A stretch of DNA of 63,792 bases, filler included, from Diploschistes diacapsis (GCA_023645945.1; 16 parts of 16 records of this genome joined end to end with filler, not necessarily neighbours in it), one strand, 5' to 3'; shown: positions 1-13,460, numbered from the whole stretch's first letter. Notes: generated from the sequence alone by a model not told the origin. A program made the numbers and translations.

Positions 1-361
1 GCCCAGAAGGAGATAGACGACTACCGGAGCAAAAAGGACGAGGAGTTCAAGAAGTTCGAGTCGGAGGTGCGTCTTGTCCCCCCCCTCCCCCACCTCGTCA
101 CTGGGTGCCCCGACTCGCTATCCTTTCCCGCCCACATTCAGCGATATTAGCAGCACCGTGTGGCTGACGCAGTGGTGGCGTCCGTTATAGCACACGAGCG
201 GCAACAAAAAGGCGGAGCAGGATGCCAGCAAGGACGCCGAGGGCAAGCTGAGCGAGATCAAGACCATAGGTTCAAAGTCGGGCGACAAGGTCGTGGAGGA
301 GCTACTAAGGCTGGTTACGGAGGTGAAGCCGGAGGTACCGCAGCAGCGCGTGAGCGGGTAG
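1..361 (+). CDS. VMA10: V-ATPase subunit G, 5'-partial (exons 1-66, 191-361)
   Basis: Spliced translation AQKEIDDYRSKKDEEFKKFESE|HTSGNKKAEQDASKDAEGKLSEIK...VTEVKPEVP; GT..CTGAC..TAG intron 67-190. Confidence 0.9.
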
Positions 362-640
362 GATACTATGAGCAGAGAAGGCTGTGCGGGCAACTTAGAG
401 ATGTTATAATACAAGGGCTTCTAACATATTGAACTTCCACTGGCTGGCACGCTTTATTGGAGCCAGAGCGAAACGCTGTACTTTACGGACGACCAAAGCA
501 ATTATTCAAGATTAAGTATCAACTACCTAGACCAAAAGCCTGTTACACAACCCCGTTTACGGATCAAAGCAGCTCTCCCAATACTCCAGACATCAACATC
601 TCGCATTACATGCCAAACGCGAGGACCCAACCCAAACTAA

Positions 641-3065
641 TTATGACAGCTTGGGCGTGTCTGCTTCCGCAAACTTCCGAGACATCGCCGTCGTGTTCAC
701 CAAGATGGCAGCGCATATGCCGTCTATGGGGTTGGTGGCCTGCGTGGTATACCCCGGCTGCATGCGGAAGCAATTGTTGCCAGCAGGGGCGTTGCCAGCA
801 TACCTGACACCGACGCAAGGCTAGTGAAGTTGTTAGTCAACGGGTTCCGTTGTATCGAACCAAGGAGCATGCATGGACGTACTTGGTTTCCACTGTCACC
901 TGCTCCAGTGGCCGGTACATAGGCATCGCAGCTTTCGAGACAGTCCTCCAGGCTCGGCGCGAAGTACGAGCCCGGCTCGTCGGTGTACAGGATCTCTACA
1001 CAGAAGCTTAGCGGCCGTTCACTGTTCCCCATGAGTCTTGCATCACTCACCAGTGTCGCACTCGATCTGGTAGCTGATGTTGTTGCTGTCCGTGTAGGTC
1101 TGACCATTCTCGGATGGACACGGACACGGCAGGGCCGACACGGTAGATGCGGTGGCCCCTGTCGTTGCCGTAGCTGAGCCTGTACCACTACCGGCACCGG
1201 CCGACGATGAGGAGGCGCCGCCGGTTCCCGTACTGCTCGTACCGCTCGTACTACTTGTACTGCTCGTACTGCTCGTATTACTTGTACTGCTCGTACTGCT
1301 CGTACTGCTCGCACCAACGCCACCGGAAGCGCTGCTCGAGCCAGCTCCTGATCCGCCAACGGACTGTGCAGTCGCCGTGGTCGACGTGCTTTGGCCTGCT
1401 GTTGTGGTACCTCCGCCCGCAGCTGTCGTAGCGGTGTTACCTCCGGCCATGGTCGAAGCTATCGTGCCTGTAGATCTAATATCCAACCGTTAGATGCCAC
1501 TACAAGTACACTGGGGTAAAACCTACACGCTCTGCGATGAGGCTAGGTTACCAACTCGCACCGCGCCGTTTCCGTACGGATCACCGCCATTTCTAGTCTC
1601 GGAGACGGCATAGTGCTGGAAGCATCAGCTTCGGTTAGCCCACAAAGCATAATCCAAGGCGAAGAGGACTAATAAAATGACTCACTCGATAGCAGTTGTC
1701 AAACGCAGGGTCGTTGGGGTCATATGTAGTATAAGACACTGCAACACAGGGTTGGTTGTAGCTAACGCCGTAACCAGTGTTCGGAACCCAAGAGTCGCAA
1801 GCGGCGATGCAGCCCTCAAAACTGTCCGTCACAAGGGACGGCAGATCGTTGTACAGGTAAGTAATACCACACTGGATGTAGTATACAATATTGTACCCGT
1901 CAGGGTACATATAGTAGGTGTTGTTTGCAATCTGGTAGAAGAGAAGTCAGAGAGAAGCACAATCGTTGGGAGGGTTTTGCCTACGTACCGGGCAGGGTGT
2001 CACAGGCTCGTAAGATGTATAAGTCGGTGTTGCGGATGTTGATGTGGAAGTGCCTTCCGCAGCCCCGGTGCCGGTGGGCTGGCCCGTTGCTTCAGCGTTT
2101 GTTGAAACGACGGACACCGAGAGTGAGGGCGAGAGACTGTAGTTTGCAAGTTTTGCACTGTCAAATGGCGAAGTGCCATACACAACTTGCTGAACGCCGT
2201 ATTTCCTGAAGCAATTGGCACCGCTAACTATCTCATCGGTGAATGTGACCGCAACGCATCCTTGGCCGCCATAGATAGGGTCATCTTCGGGCGGGACATA
2301 TCGATCACAAGAAGTGATGCAATCCGCAAGCGAAGAAGCATTAGTTGCTGGAAGATCATCGTAATAAATATTGCTGTTGCAGACAAGTTGCCATACGGAA
2401 CCGTCGCTCGCCGTGTACGACTCAGCAAGCGGGGCCGGACAGGGAGTCCTGCCAGTGGCCTGCGCAGCAGTGCTAGATGAAGCTGCAGGCGACCCTGTTG
2501 AGGTTGTTGAACCGGCTGTTACCGAAGAGCCCGTAGAGGGTTCTGTCGAGGTTATGACTCCCGGAGAACTCGCAGACGATTTTGTTGAGGTTGTCGTGAC
2601 TAATGAACCTGCAGGGTTTGTCATGGTGTAAGTGGTGACTGGGGATGCGGGCGACGTTGGCGTGATTTCCGTAGTCTCGGAACTCACGATCACGCTGCCC
2701 GCGGAGTTCGTGGTGGTCGTTAGGTAAGTAGAAGTAACCGGTGGAAGAGATCCGAGCGTTGTTGATGGCCCCAATGGCTCAGTGATCAACGTACTTCCCG
2801 GTATCACTACAGTGTTTCCAGCAGAATCTGTGGTAGTGTGTGTATAGAACGATGCAGAAAGGGCCTCGGTCGTCGATGTTAAGAAATAAGAGCCCGCCGA
2901 ATCTGCGGTGCTATACTGCATTACAGTCTCGCTGAGACTCTGAAAGGGTCCCAGAGCAGGGCAAGTGCCTGTGGCTATTCGGATTGTGACGGTCGATTGT
3001 GCTGCATGGCTGATTTGGATCAACCCCAAAACCGCCGCGGTAGCTTGTGGTAAAGACAGAAACAT
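641..3065 (-). CDS. Secreted Ser/Thr-rich protein with three 6-Cys PAN/apple-like modules (multi-exon)
   Basis: Signal-peptide-like MFLSLPQATAAVLGLIQISHA; three repeats of CP..Y..C...DL...S.E.CI.SCD.Y...C.AV...NC.R separated by S/T/G linkers; last spliced exon ends ADTPKLS-TAA at 641-643. Confidence 0.75.
1229..1310. repeat. 9-bp coding minisatellite (GTACTGCTC)n encoding Ser-Thr-Ser repeats
   Basis: About 9 imperfect tandem copies read directly. Confidence 0.85.
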
Positions 3066-4084
3066 CTTTCCGTACGTATGAAGAGCAGCACAGAGTATAA
3101 AGGCAATATTCTGTGTTGAAAAGTAAAGAATGCCGCCACGAGAGGCGTAGTTGGATCTGCAGAGTTTTCAAAAGAAACAATGTACAAATACGAGGAAGAA
3201 GTCTTGATGGCCATTCTTTTCATAAGACGCAGAACAGGGAGATTCATTTCCAGCTGGAATGGTAAACACACGTTTTTTACGAACCGGCAGAAGTAAAGGA
3301 ATGCAGAGAGCGTAGCATGCAGGGATAGGCAGGACTCAGCAATAACTTGATCTTACAGCCATCAAAACATATAAACTCCTAGCCTCGTAGTGAATACCAA
3401 CAACTAGACAACAATGAGGAGGGCAGTTCGGGACATTTCGAGCTTCGGCTGGAAGCTTTCATAGGGCCACCTCCAAAATCCGGAATTGCATTTTAGGAGA
3501 GCGTCACTTACAAGACTTCTTCTTATTATGTTCAGTTCCAGTACTGACGCCTCTCCATTCTTCCTTTATTAGAGATCCATAAATCTGGACCATGTGTTGT
3601 CCAGGTAGTACAAGCATGTAGCACTCCTCAACATCCTCATAGTATCTGGCGTTTCAAACAGAGACTGATCTTAGATATACAATGTAGCCTTGTAAACTCA
3701 TTGAATGAAGGTAGCTTGAAAGAGTGCGCACTTCAAAGATGGAAAATGGTGAGAGCTATGGGAAAACCCTACTTAATAAGTCATCTCCTTCCATTTGATA
3801 CTCGCCACCGAGAACTCTGAACATCTTGGCCCACAGAACTATCGCCATAAGGAATTGCGAGGGCAGCTCGCAGGTCACGTAGACCAGCTCTCCAACTGTA
3901 GATATAAATCCATTCCAAAACAATCTCATAGAGAAAACAGATTGATGGTGTAAAAATTTGTGATAGCCTAGGCTTCACCGGATTCATTTAGCTGGGATTG
4001 GTTACAAGAAGTAAATTTAATAATAAGAAGTAGAATGCCAGTAAGAGACACAAGGAATGCAAAACTCCAGGATGGCAAAAAGCA

Positions 4085-4165
4085 AGTGACTACTCGGATT
4101 TGAACCGAGGACCATTCGATAAACAGTAACTGCAGTCGAACGTTCTACCCCTAAACTATAGTCAC
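4085..4165 (-). tRNA. tRNA-Cys(GCA) with a 9-nt intron
   Basis: Acceptor stem GTGACTA/TAGTCAC; D arm; anticodon stem TTCGA/TCGAA with CT-GCA-G[ttactgttt]A; T arm CTCGG-TTCAAAT-CCGAG; downstream T5 Pol III terminator. Confidence 0.93.
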
Positions 4166-4323
4166 TTTTTGTGAAAAACTTGGAATTTACGATATATAAA
4201 CCAACACATCTATCTGTTACTCTCAATTAGGTATTAGGTATGCAATGTTATGATTTTCGAATGCAAGCACCCGCCTACTTTGTCTAGTTTGGCATTAAAA
4301 GAGACGCCCAAACCAAACTTACA

Positions 4324-5148
4324 ATGGTGTCGGACCAGATGCATCCAGAGGCCGGGGGTTTCTTTGCTTTGGCCTCTCCACCTCTATCTACTCCTTCTGT
4401 GACTGCTTCCCTGCTGCCCCGGCCACGGGCGACAGCTCTGAAAGCAGGTAGCTCAAAAGAGAGTGCCACAAGGAATTACGTTGACGGCAAGCTCTTGGAG
4501 ATATCAGGTCGCTATGAGCGTCGCTTCGAGACCTCCGAAACCAGCCATACACAGGCTGGGGCCGCTGGATACAAAAGCTTCGCCGACTTGGCAAGAGATC
4601 TAGATAGCGTCATAGATATCATTTGGGTTTCTGGAACTCGTAAGTCAGATTGAAATATTCCTACCCCCGCTGGGTATTTATAGGCCAAAGCCAGTTTGCA
4701 GATTCCTTTTCTCCTGAACATTGCGTTGGCCGTAACGGATTACATGAGTTCATTTGATTTCGTCCCAAAGGCCACGATCCCACTACTCCAGAAGCTTGAC
4801 TGTGCCTTTTCATCGTTGATGCACGGCCAGGACGTCACGACGGGAGATCCTCTGCCTGGATTTGAGAGCGGCAGAAGGATAACAGTAACTGAGAAAATAA
4901 GACTACAGGGCCTCGTGGAGAGGACTCGGGTCCAGCTCGTAGACATTGCAAAGCGGGGAGGAGTTGAGGAGTACTCCAGCAACATGGACTATGAGGCCAC
5001 AACCACTGCAGACGAAAGTGAAGCTACTGAAGGTGGCCTCAGCCATTATTCCTATCCTGCAGCAGGAGAGGTGGATTTAGACGTCGCAAGGGCTTATGAA
5101 AGAACTCTTGCGGATCTAAGTGACTCCCTGGACTCAGGCTTCGGCTAA
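4324..5148 (+). CDS. Tfb6-family (TFIIH-associated) protein; intron 4640-4690
   Basis: LPRPRATALKAGSSKE, IIWVSGTP|SLQIPFLLNIA and TEKIRLQGLVERTR motifs recalled from fungal Tfb6-like proteins. Confidence 0.65.
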
Positions 5149-5392
5149 TTGAGTTGGTTATGAACTACACTGTAGGTCTTGGGCTTTCTTAGGTAGAAGT
5201 TGCCTAACAGGAAAGGAGAAAGAGCTCACATGCCGTAAACCTTTCATAACTCCACTGACAATGTCCTGATATGTCTTGTTTTCTTCTTAACAAAAGGCCA
5301 ATTCGACCAAGCATCCAAATGAAATGAAGTTGTAATACTCAGCTTCTTCCCCCTCAAAACTGTGGAGCATCTTCTCAATAGACAACTTAGCA

Positions 5393-7255
5393 ATGCCTTC
5401 TTATCTTGGTGGCTCGCTTCGAATATCCCTTTCCCATGCTGACCTTCAAAGAAGCCTCACAGAGAACCCTCTACGACGCGTTGGGAAGGAGGTCCGAGAC
5501 AATCTACAGAGCGTTAGCGACGAGTTCAACAATAATGGCATCCGATTACAAGAGTTGCCTATTCCATCAGACGAGGACAGTATGTCGTTGCGCTTTCTTG
5601 GGCACCTGAAGAACATGCCCTTCTACATGATGAAAGCTGGTGAAAGGCTTTACCAGGAGAGGCACCCGATCGTCAACAGTATAGAGGTTGCTTCAGCCAG
5701 TAAGGCTGGAAGGCCAGCGGCTGCACCCTCGACAGCTACAAGCTCAAGTGCACCGGCCTCTAAACGGGACGTAACAAGTCGAACCCATGAAAGACGAGCG
5801 CTTTGTCTCTCTATCACTTTACTACCAGGCTCTTTTATACCGCAACCTTCCGGTGTTGTCTCCTCGGATGGCAAACCACCACTTCAGGACGTCAAGGTTG
5901 ATGTTTTCATGAACGGAATACGCTCTGCATGCAATCTCTTTCCAGCAAGGGCGCTGTCGTCAAAGGGCTCTCATCAGTTCACGGAAACATTTCACGGGCA
6001 TAGGACGGATATCGCCGTAGAGAAGCCGTGGATCATGGTCCCTACAGGCCAGGATGCCGACGGAAATCTGCGTGAGAACAAGCGAATAAAGGTAAGTAGC
6101 GCAGACGAACGGCTAGCGGCTATCAACAATATTCTTCAGTCTAATCCCGAAGTCCTAAAGACGGATGACCAAGGGCAGCTGACCATCCTTGGCGAGTATT
6201 TTCAATCTTTGGCCAAGGTAAAGCTGCCTCAAGACATCCGAGTTGGTGGCAGGGCCAGGTTTGGCGTCATTGATGTCGTGGTCACTTCTGGCTGGGGGAA
6301 GAAGGATGATCCTTCCAACAAATATCTCGTGAAACCCCTGTCGGCGCGCCTCAGTCGAACGCACTGGGTCTCTCTTTCGAACCCCAGAACAGTCGCCAAG
6401 GACCAACGAAGGGCTATACCAGCCATTAAATGCAACATTAAGAGCGTTAAGCCTGGCAAGAATACTCAGAACTCCCCCCCGAATTGCTCTCACGGAGCTA
6501 CCCAAGATCTTGAGCAGCCTATACCAAGTAGACTCAAGCGGAAAGCTCACTTTGACCCTATCGAGTCGATCCATACGCCGCAGATCACCGCCACACCGGA
6601 TCACACTCCATCGAACGATTCATTGTCACCAGAAACATATGCTGATCTGTTTGACTCCCCTTTAGTAGCAAAACGTCGTCGAATGGTGAGCGTGACCATC
6701 CCCCCCAGTCCCTCACATGCGCGCACCGTGGCTCAGTCTTCTGCGCCGCAATCAGAATCCCAGCAAAGCTTCAGCCAGCCGACCAGCCTGATGTCTACGA
6801 GATCCCGCGGGGCGAGAACCAGCAAAATCACCGAGTCGAAGCCCGTCTGTCTAACCACGACAACCAGTGCTCCTTCCCAGAAAAGCAAGGTAGCCGTCCT
6901 CAAGCTTCCCCTCGGACGTCTGAAAGCTCTAACGTCCCCGTCATCGGCTGCGTCAAAGTCCCAGTTACCAGGAAGAACATTTTCGAACCAAACCGGCGGC
7001 TCTTCTCAAGCACGGGATTCTCTTCGCGAGAAGACCGGCGAAACGCCACCCACTGCTGCACCGACAGGCCAGGACCGTGCTGCTGTTGATCCTCGTCTGG
7101 CCCAAACGCTGGAGGCTCTTCAGGCCCAGGTCAACGAGGATTGCATCATCGCCTACGATCCGAAGGGGCTGAGGCAAGTTCGTAAAGAGAGAAGCGGATG
7201 GTTCAAGGAGAGCGGTGTGATTCTGGGGGTGAGATATATCCTGGTGCCGACCTAG
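5393..7255 (+). CDS. Intronless 620-aa hypothetical protein
   Basis: Long uninterrupted ORF with ordered segments (DVKVDVFMNG, FGVIDVVVTSG, RQVRKERSGWFKESGVILGVRY) around a S/P-rich linker. Confidence 0.75.
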   Translation: MPSYLGGSLRISLSHADLQRSLTENPLRRVGKEVRDNLQSVSDEFNNNGIRLQELPIPSDEDSMSLRFLGHLKNMPFYMMKAGERLYQERHPIVNSIEVASASKAGRPAAAPSTATSSSAPASKRDVTSRTHERRALCLSITLLPGSFIPQPSGVVSSDGKPPLQDVKVDVFMNGIRSACNLFPARALSSKGSHQFTETFHGHRTDIAVEKPWIMVPTGQDADGNLRENKRIKVSSADERLAAINNILQSNPEVLKTDDQGQLTILGEYFQSLAKVKLPQDIRVGGRARFGVIDVVVTSGWGKKDDPSNKYLVKPLSARLSRTHWVSLSNPRTVAKDQRRAIPAIKCNIKSVKPGKNTQNSPPNCSHGATQDLEQPIPSRLKRKAHFDPIESIHTPQITATPDHTPSNDSLSPETYADLFDSPLVAKRRRMVSVTIPPSPSHARTVAQSSAPQSESQQSFSQPTSLMSTRSRGARTSKITESKPVCLTTTTSAPSQKSKVAVLKLPLGRLKALTSPSSAASKSQLPGRTFSNQTGGSSQARDSLREKTGETPPTAAPTGQDRAAVDPRLAQTLEALQAQVNEDCIIAYDPKGLRQVRKERSGWFKESGVILGVRYILVPT

Positions 7256-7682
7256 GGTAGTTTACCAGAAAAAATCCGAGGCGGATGTTGCTTGATTTCA
7301 TGGAAAAGTCTTTGGCATCAATACCCCAGGAAAAGGGAACTGTGCTGGGCTTGTCGGAGATCGCTGCCAACTACAAAGCATCACGAGGGTTTTACACCTT
7401 GTCCGGGGGCCTGAGATGTTCGCAGCTAACCGGGAATCTAGAAGGATCACTAAGGTCCGGGGCTACCAAATCAAAAGATGGCTTCATTGGCTCCGTTGAA
7501 GGGAAAAAAACAATAGAAGAATTGAAAGTCTTCGTAAAGCATTTTTTGTCCATCCCTTATGCCTCTATGTTGACCACTTCCACAATCACTAATGGGCGCT
7601 TTGGCTACCTCCCATGCATGCAGTCCATGTATCGTGCGTGGGTTCATATGTTACATGGAGCAGGGTTCTTTATCCCATTACC

Positions 7683-9346
7683 TCAAACGTCCCCACTGCC
7701 TTTCTCACCAATGCTAGTTGCCGGCCCTGAAGGAGCAGACATCTGCTCATACTCGCTCCTCGGTCCGTCGGCCGGGGCAAGGTCCTCCGCCATGGCGTCT
7801 TCGTAGCTTGGCGGCGGCTCGTCCGAGAACTCCGGTGGCAGGCCGGAGCCGTCAGGAAACTGGGCGTTTTGCGCAGATGCCACAGGCGGACCCGAGCTCT
7901 GGGATGCAGGGATGCCTGTCGAAGTTGGCCGAACTTGCGCCGGTTTCCGGGGAGCCGATGCGCTCTGGGCCGTTTCATTTCTTCTCCTCGCCTCGTTGAC
8001 GAGGGCCTCGGGGGGTTTGTTCCCGGAGTATACCCGTACTGGCATGCGGAGCGGCTGGATGGTCAGTTCGGGCTAGAAGGTTGTTAACGGGCTGGCTACT
8101 ACGAGCGTGAAAGGTTGCCGTCCCCCCCCTACGTACTTTCATGTTGCCTGGGGTCCCATATTGGAGACCGAGGCTGATCTCGAGCTCGTAATAGCGAGAG
8201 ATGTTACATGTCTCGAATGTTGGGCTGACGGTGTTAGGAAGCGGTCTGGAACTCCACATTTTGCTGTCGAGCTCTACATCTTTGTTCGCGGGGGTATTAG
8301 CATTGCCTATTGGCGTTTGCATGTTCGCTGCGCTGAAAATAACCCAGCTCGATTTTTCGATGCGGTCCAGTTCATGCGCCTTGATCTTAGTGTAACCTAT
8401 AAGGATAATTTGGAAGGTCTTGACGTAAACAATCTCGTTGGTATCGTTAAGTTTGCGCACAAGAATTCTTAGGGGCAGCGGTTTGTCACAAGTAACGATT
8501 GCAGGATCAGGAAGTCTTCCATCTATGCTAATCGTAGGGGGAGGTCCAGAAGGGCTCAAAGAAGTCTTGCCGAACATGCCCGTCGTTTGCTTGGCCAATA
8601 GCGCTGGGGCGAATTGGTGCTGCCGCCGAGCATAGGATTCTCTCCTATTCGGAGCAGCTCTAGGGGGCTCGAGGGGCAAGAATTTAAAGCTAACCTCCTT
8701 TAACAGGGTAAGCTTTGCTGCGTCACTGATATGGTAGCTTACCGTCCGATAATTCTCCTTGTAGAACGCAGCTCTCTGCGCCGTGACCTTCAGGTAGTAT
8801 CGAATCTCTGCCTCTCCCGGAAACACTGAAAGGGTTGGCGGCAGAGGACGCTTTATATGCCGATTGAAGTCCTGACCCATAGCCATGATTGAATTGATAG
8901 GGGCGCATGCATTGTTAAAGGGAATCTGAAATTATCAGGAACAAGATCCTATGTCTTTGGTGGGAATAGTACCTTGAAATGAAAAGGAAATTCATGCTGC
9001 CCTGGAGACAACGTAAAGCTGGCTCCCTGTGGACTTGCTTGTACCAATCCGGGTGTTGGAAACACCGTGAGCGTCTTATATAGCAACTATAGGACAATTA
9101 GTTCGACAATGACAACGGCCCAGATGATACTTGATTCCCGACTTTATGGCACTCCAGCTCAACTTCATAGTCGCGTCTTCTTCCTTGATTTGGAGATGCA
9201 AGCTTCGTTCTGCTCTCGCATTCAAGTTTTACTACTATTGCGGAGAAAGCCTCTTCTCTCTGTATTGACAAGACAGCCTTGCCAGATATGATGTCCAGGT
9301 TTGTGTAAACCGAGTTGGCATTGCTGAGTTGAATGTGTACTGCCAT
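7683..9346 (-). CDS. Alpha-arrestin domain protein (multi-exon)
   Basis: N-term YTNLDIISGKAVL..IVVKLECESRT; LPPTL..AEIRYYLKVT; SPTFETCNISRYYELEI; C-terminal PPSY Rsp5-binding motif. Confidence 0.85.
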
Positions 9347-10301
9347 ATCTGCTGCTCTGCCCTGTTCACTCCTTTGACTTTGTAGTCCCCTGCCCGCGGC
9401 TCCTGGAACATCGAAGCACAGACTATCAAGGGGCGATAAACATCAGAATGCTTGTCGTGTTGGCAAAGGCGATCCTTCGCAAATAGGTATCGCAAAGGGA
9501 AAGAGCTGTCTATAAAGCATGTCAATGCAGAGCCGGTCATGACCCGCAGTTGGAAACGACCAACAGTAGTGCAGTATCTGTTCCATCTGTTATTTACTCC
9601 AGAGTGCCGATATGCAGTTACCGGGCCTTGTACGGTTCTTTCACCCAGGCAAGGCAGATTCAGATCATGGTGACGAATTCAGCAGCTCAGCCACAAACTA
9701 TTGTAAAAACCTTCTGACTTGAATCTCATCCGTCAGGGAGGCGGTACTTCTTAGGAAGACTAAGTCTACTCTACATATAGTCTAAATTAATCGTCTGCTA
9801 ATTCGCGTTTTCAACTCTTTCTAGCACCCACTCACCGTCTCTAAAAAGCAGCCCACCTACTACCTTGATGGTTAGTCGGAGTCTCGTCGAAGCAAGCACA
9901 CTCCTCTGGGCTCAAATTTGCTGTGTCCTATGTATTTCCAGACGTAAGTGGTGGAGTGGACTCGATACTCCCGGCAACATGATACTCTGGGGGAATCTAC
10001 AGGAACGAGTGACGCCCCTCAACATACGAGCGGCGTCGCTCGAGGTGACTATATGGAGTCTATCATGCAGCAACAGCAGGTGCCGGCGAGCCTCTTCATT
10101 GAGGGAATGGGTCTGCTCCAATATTCATGGAGAGCGCTTTCCTGACTCCAACTCCGGATCTTATCAAGGTAATTGATCAGGTTTCCTGTGCATGATTACC
10201 ACTTGGAGCTTTTTTAATTTGTTCATTCGGACTTGATTACTTTTCATTTTTTTGGCTGTGTAAACCACCTTGCCATTACAACATTATCGGCAGGTATTTA
10301 T

Positions 10302-13300
10302 CATGTCTCTCTACTCGCTCAGTGGTGCAACAACCAGTAAGGTATATCCCGACCCTTCCGATTCGCGAACTTTCCTGTCATTCGATCAGGAAAACCTCAA
10401 CGCGTCAAGGCCATCATTCAACTATGGACAGGAGTACCGGGTGCTTGAGGACTCTCGCAGGAGTCTGAGGACGCTGTCGCCTGCTCCTCTACGTGTGAGA
10501 AACGAGAATGTCCAAGTTCGACCAGCTTCTGCCTTTGAGCTTGAATGCGGGCCATTAGAACGGCTTGCCGTTAAGAGAGACACGGAGCCTACTAGACGAT
10601 TTTCCTCCCGGACTTCATCTAGTACAAGAAGCACCTCGCAAGGATTCGTGCCAAGGCTGTCGCTTCCACCACTAGATGATCCTGTCATTACAAAGGCCAT
10701 TGAAAGCTCGATCAAACACGCAAGATCGGTATCTCTAAGTGCTACTGCGGAGGATCCAGAAACGAATCAGAGGCGGCCGTTTCGCCGTTGGATTGAGTCG
10801 TTGAATAGATCTATGAATGGACGAAAAGCAGTGCAGCCAAGAGAGAATCGATGGCCCTTGGATGAATTTGATGATGAACCCCACCCGAACGAGGCGCAAA
10901 AACCACTACCAGCGCCGACCAATCATCGAAAGTCAATCTCGTGGGCTTCAGGCTCCAGCGCGTTTGTAACAGCTGTTCGATCCGCGAGGCAAAGTCTCTC
11001 AACCTTGAGTGAAACACCGTTACACCGGCATGGAAGGTCAAGCTCCATGCGGACGAGCACCAAAGGTAGTTATCAAACTAGCAGTCAGTACCGTCCCTCG
11101 ACTGATGACGGTGCACGGCCGGGATCATCTATAGATGAAGCATCTGAGGAGAGACCATTCAAGCGAAGGCAAATCTTAGATGAGCTACTCGACTCTGAAG
11201 AGAGCTATCTATCGGACCTTAAGACGCTCTTGAGTGTAGGTTGGTCCGAGTAACGGTGAGTTGTCCACTTACATTGATTTTTCAGGTTTACAGCACGATG
11301 CAAGACTCGACGCCAGAATTATCAAGGAGCAACATGTCACAAATCCAGAATACCGTGAATGAGATTTTTGTCCTCCACAGGGAATTGCTCTGTAGGTTGC
11401 GGCCGCTTATACAGGAACTTCGTCCGCTTCATATTAGAAAACCGAGGAAACCACTTCAACGTAAGGGAAGGCGCACAAACGGAAGTCACAGTATGGACGT
11501 GAAAATTCCCAAAGACACTTCATGGTTGGTGAATGTGCGCGACTCCTTAGAAGTCACATGGAAATACACGAAGCGAGGGTTTCAACTCACTGCAGGTCCA
11601 CGGGAAGCGGCTTACGCCGCTACTGCGTTCGAAGTCTTGGTCGGCCCAAATTGCGTTCCCCTGAACGATGCTAGATTGCTAACGTTTATCTAGCTGGGTC
11701 GATTCTTCATTTACAAAAGCTACGGCGCAACATATGAGACTATGCTTCAGGACATGACCAAAGCAGCGAAGAATATTCCAAACTGGAACTTATATCAACG
11801 CGGGTTCGAGACATTGGCCAATACGATAGCTCCTGAGAAATTTCGAGCCCTGGGGAGTAAAAAGGGGTTGGCCTTGGAAGACCTGTTAATCAAAGTGTGT
11901 TTGAATATCGCATTCGATGGTGTCCAGCTGATCTATTTCAGCCCATTCAACGGATCTGCAAATACCCTCTTCTGTTTGCTGATCTTCTTAAGCACACGCC
12001 TACGGTTGATGATCCCGAGGCGCACCTGAGAATAGAAAAGGTGCTTTTCCGGCTCCGGGAGACTGCTGCTGAAATCAACAAGGTCACAAACGACAAGCCA
12101 ACGCAAGATCTTATTCAACGTTCGTGGAAGTTGCAGGACATGTTGATCTTCGAAGATGCCGTAAGTGCAACAAACTTACTTCCATTTCCTTGCTTGAGCT
12201 AAGAAGGCTTCCTTCAGATAATGGCTCGGTACATCTTGCGCTCCCTAGGCCATACGGTCCTTTGCGGAGCCCTACACGTGGCATATCAATCGAGAAGATC
12301 CGTGCTAGGAGAATACATGCTGTGCGCGTTATTCAGATCATCCCTGCTTCTTGCATGCCCACACAGATCTGGGAACGGCAAAGGTTTCCAGGTCGTAGCC
12401 AATGTATATCTAGCGGATACCAGGATAGAAAGCACTGACAATGGACGAGGTATGGCAGAGGCGTAACTTTAAGAAGAGAGCTAACTTCCTACCAGGTTTG
12501 CAATGTCACACTGCTCCGTATTCTTGGAAGTTACTCTTCGAAACAGACTCACAGCTATACGAGCTGATTTTCAGCGCATGCAGTAACAAGGAGCAGGAGC
12601 AATGGGAGTCACATCTGCAGAGTCTCTCCACATCTCAGTGTCAGGAATCAGTTGACAAGCAGATAATTACTCCAGAGCGCTTTTCCATGCTCTCGCTAGA
12701 CATCAAGGCGGTTGGCAGAGTCCTAGGACATCCAGGATCTTTGGTAAGACGGCTATCAATGCAGCGTGCAGCCACCGTGGGGTCCCGGCCAGGCCTCTGC
12801 CAAGTCATTATTAAAAATACAGTCTCCTCGAGAGACCAAGGCGAGGCTTCCAAAGCCGATCGCAGTGGCGCTATAGGCCGATCACAGTCTGTGGTCTCGA
12901 CGACCAACCGCGTTACCATCCTAGCGCCTAGGCGTGCTGAACGAGTCCGAATCGAACAGGATATGGCAGATGTCTGGAGCAAGGAGCTGTTACCATACCC
13001 TGGCATGGGTTTGCAGCATCTCGAGCAACACATTCGAGCATCCGCAAGTTCTGTTCTGCGCAAGCTGAGTCGGTCGAGTCTTGCAGCCTCTCTGGGCAAG
13101 CGATCTGCCAGCCAACTCCATGAAGGATTGCAGCATGCGAGACCCACCTTGGATGCACGGAAAGAGAGCTTGGCGGAAGCTCGCACACCTTATGGCCTTT
13201 TGCCTGTTATCGAGTCACCCATCGGAAGTGTCAAGGGGAGCGAAAGCTGCGAGTTCCGGAAGTCGGTCCAGAATCCTGACGCAAAAGGGGCGTTGAAGAG

Positions 13301-13460
13301 GAGCGCGTCGACCTTCAGCAAGATCAAGAAACGTGTCTCCGAAGCAGGCGTTGCGGTAGTGTCGAGGGAGAGTGGCCACGATACTGCCGGCAAAGATGAC
13401 TCGCTGTCGGCAAGGGGCAGATGGAGCATTCCCAAGCTGCCTTCCGGTCTCACTTCGTAG
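10302..13460 (+). CDS. Rho guanine nucleotide exchange factor (DH-PH), multi-exon; start uncertain
   Basis: DH motifs RRQILDELLDSEESYLSDLK and LEDLLIK|PIQRICKYPLLFADLLKHTP; PH-like LCGALHV and YELIFSACS..EQEQW. Confidence 0.85.

Noticed and set aside
724..1493. VRAVRAV and VLLVLL repeat ORFs
   Set aside because: Alternative frames of the STS coding minisatellite
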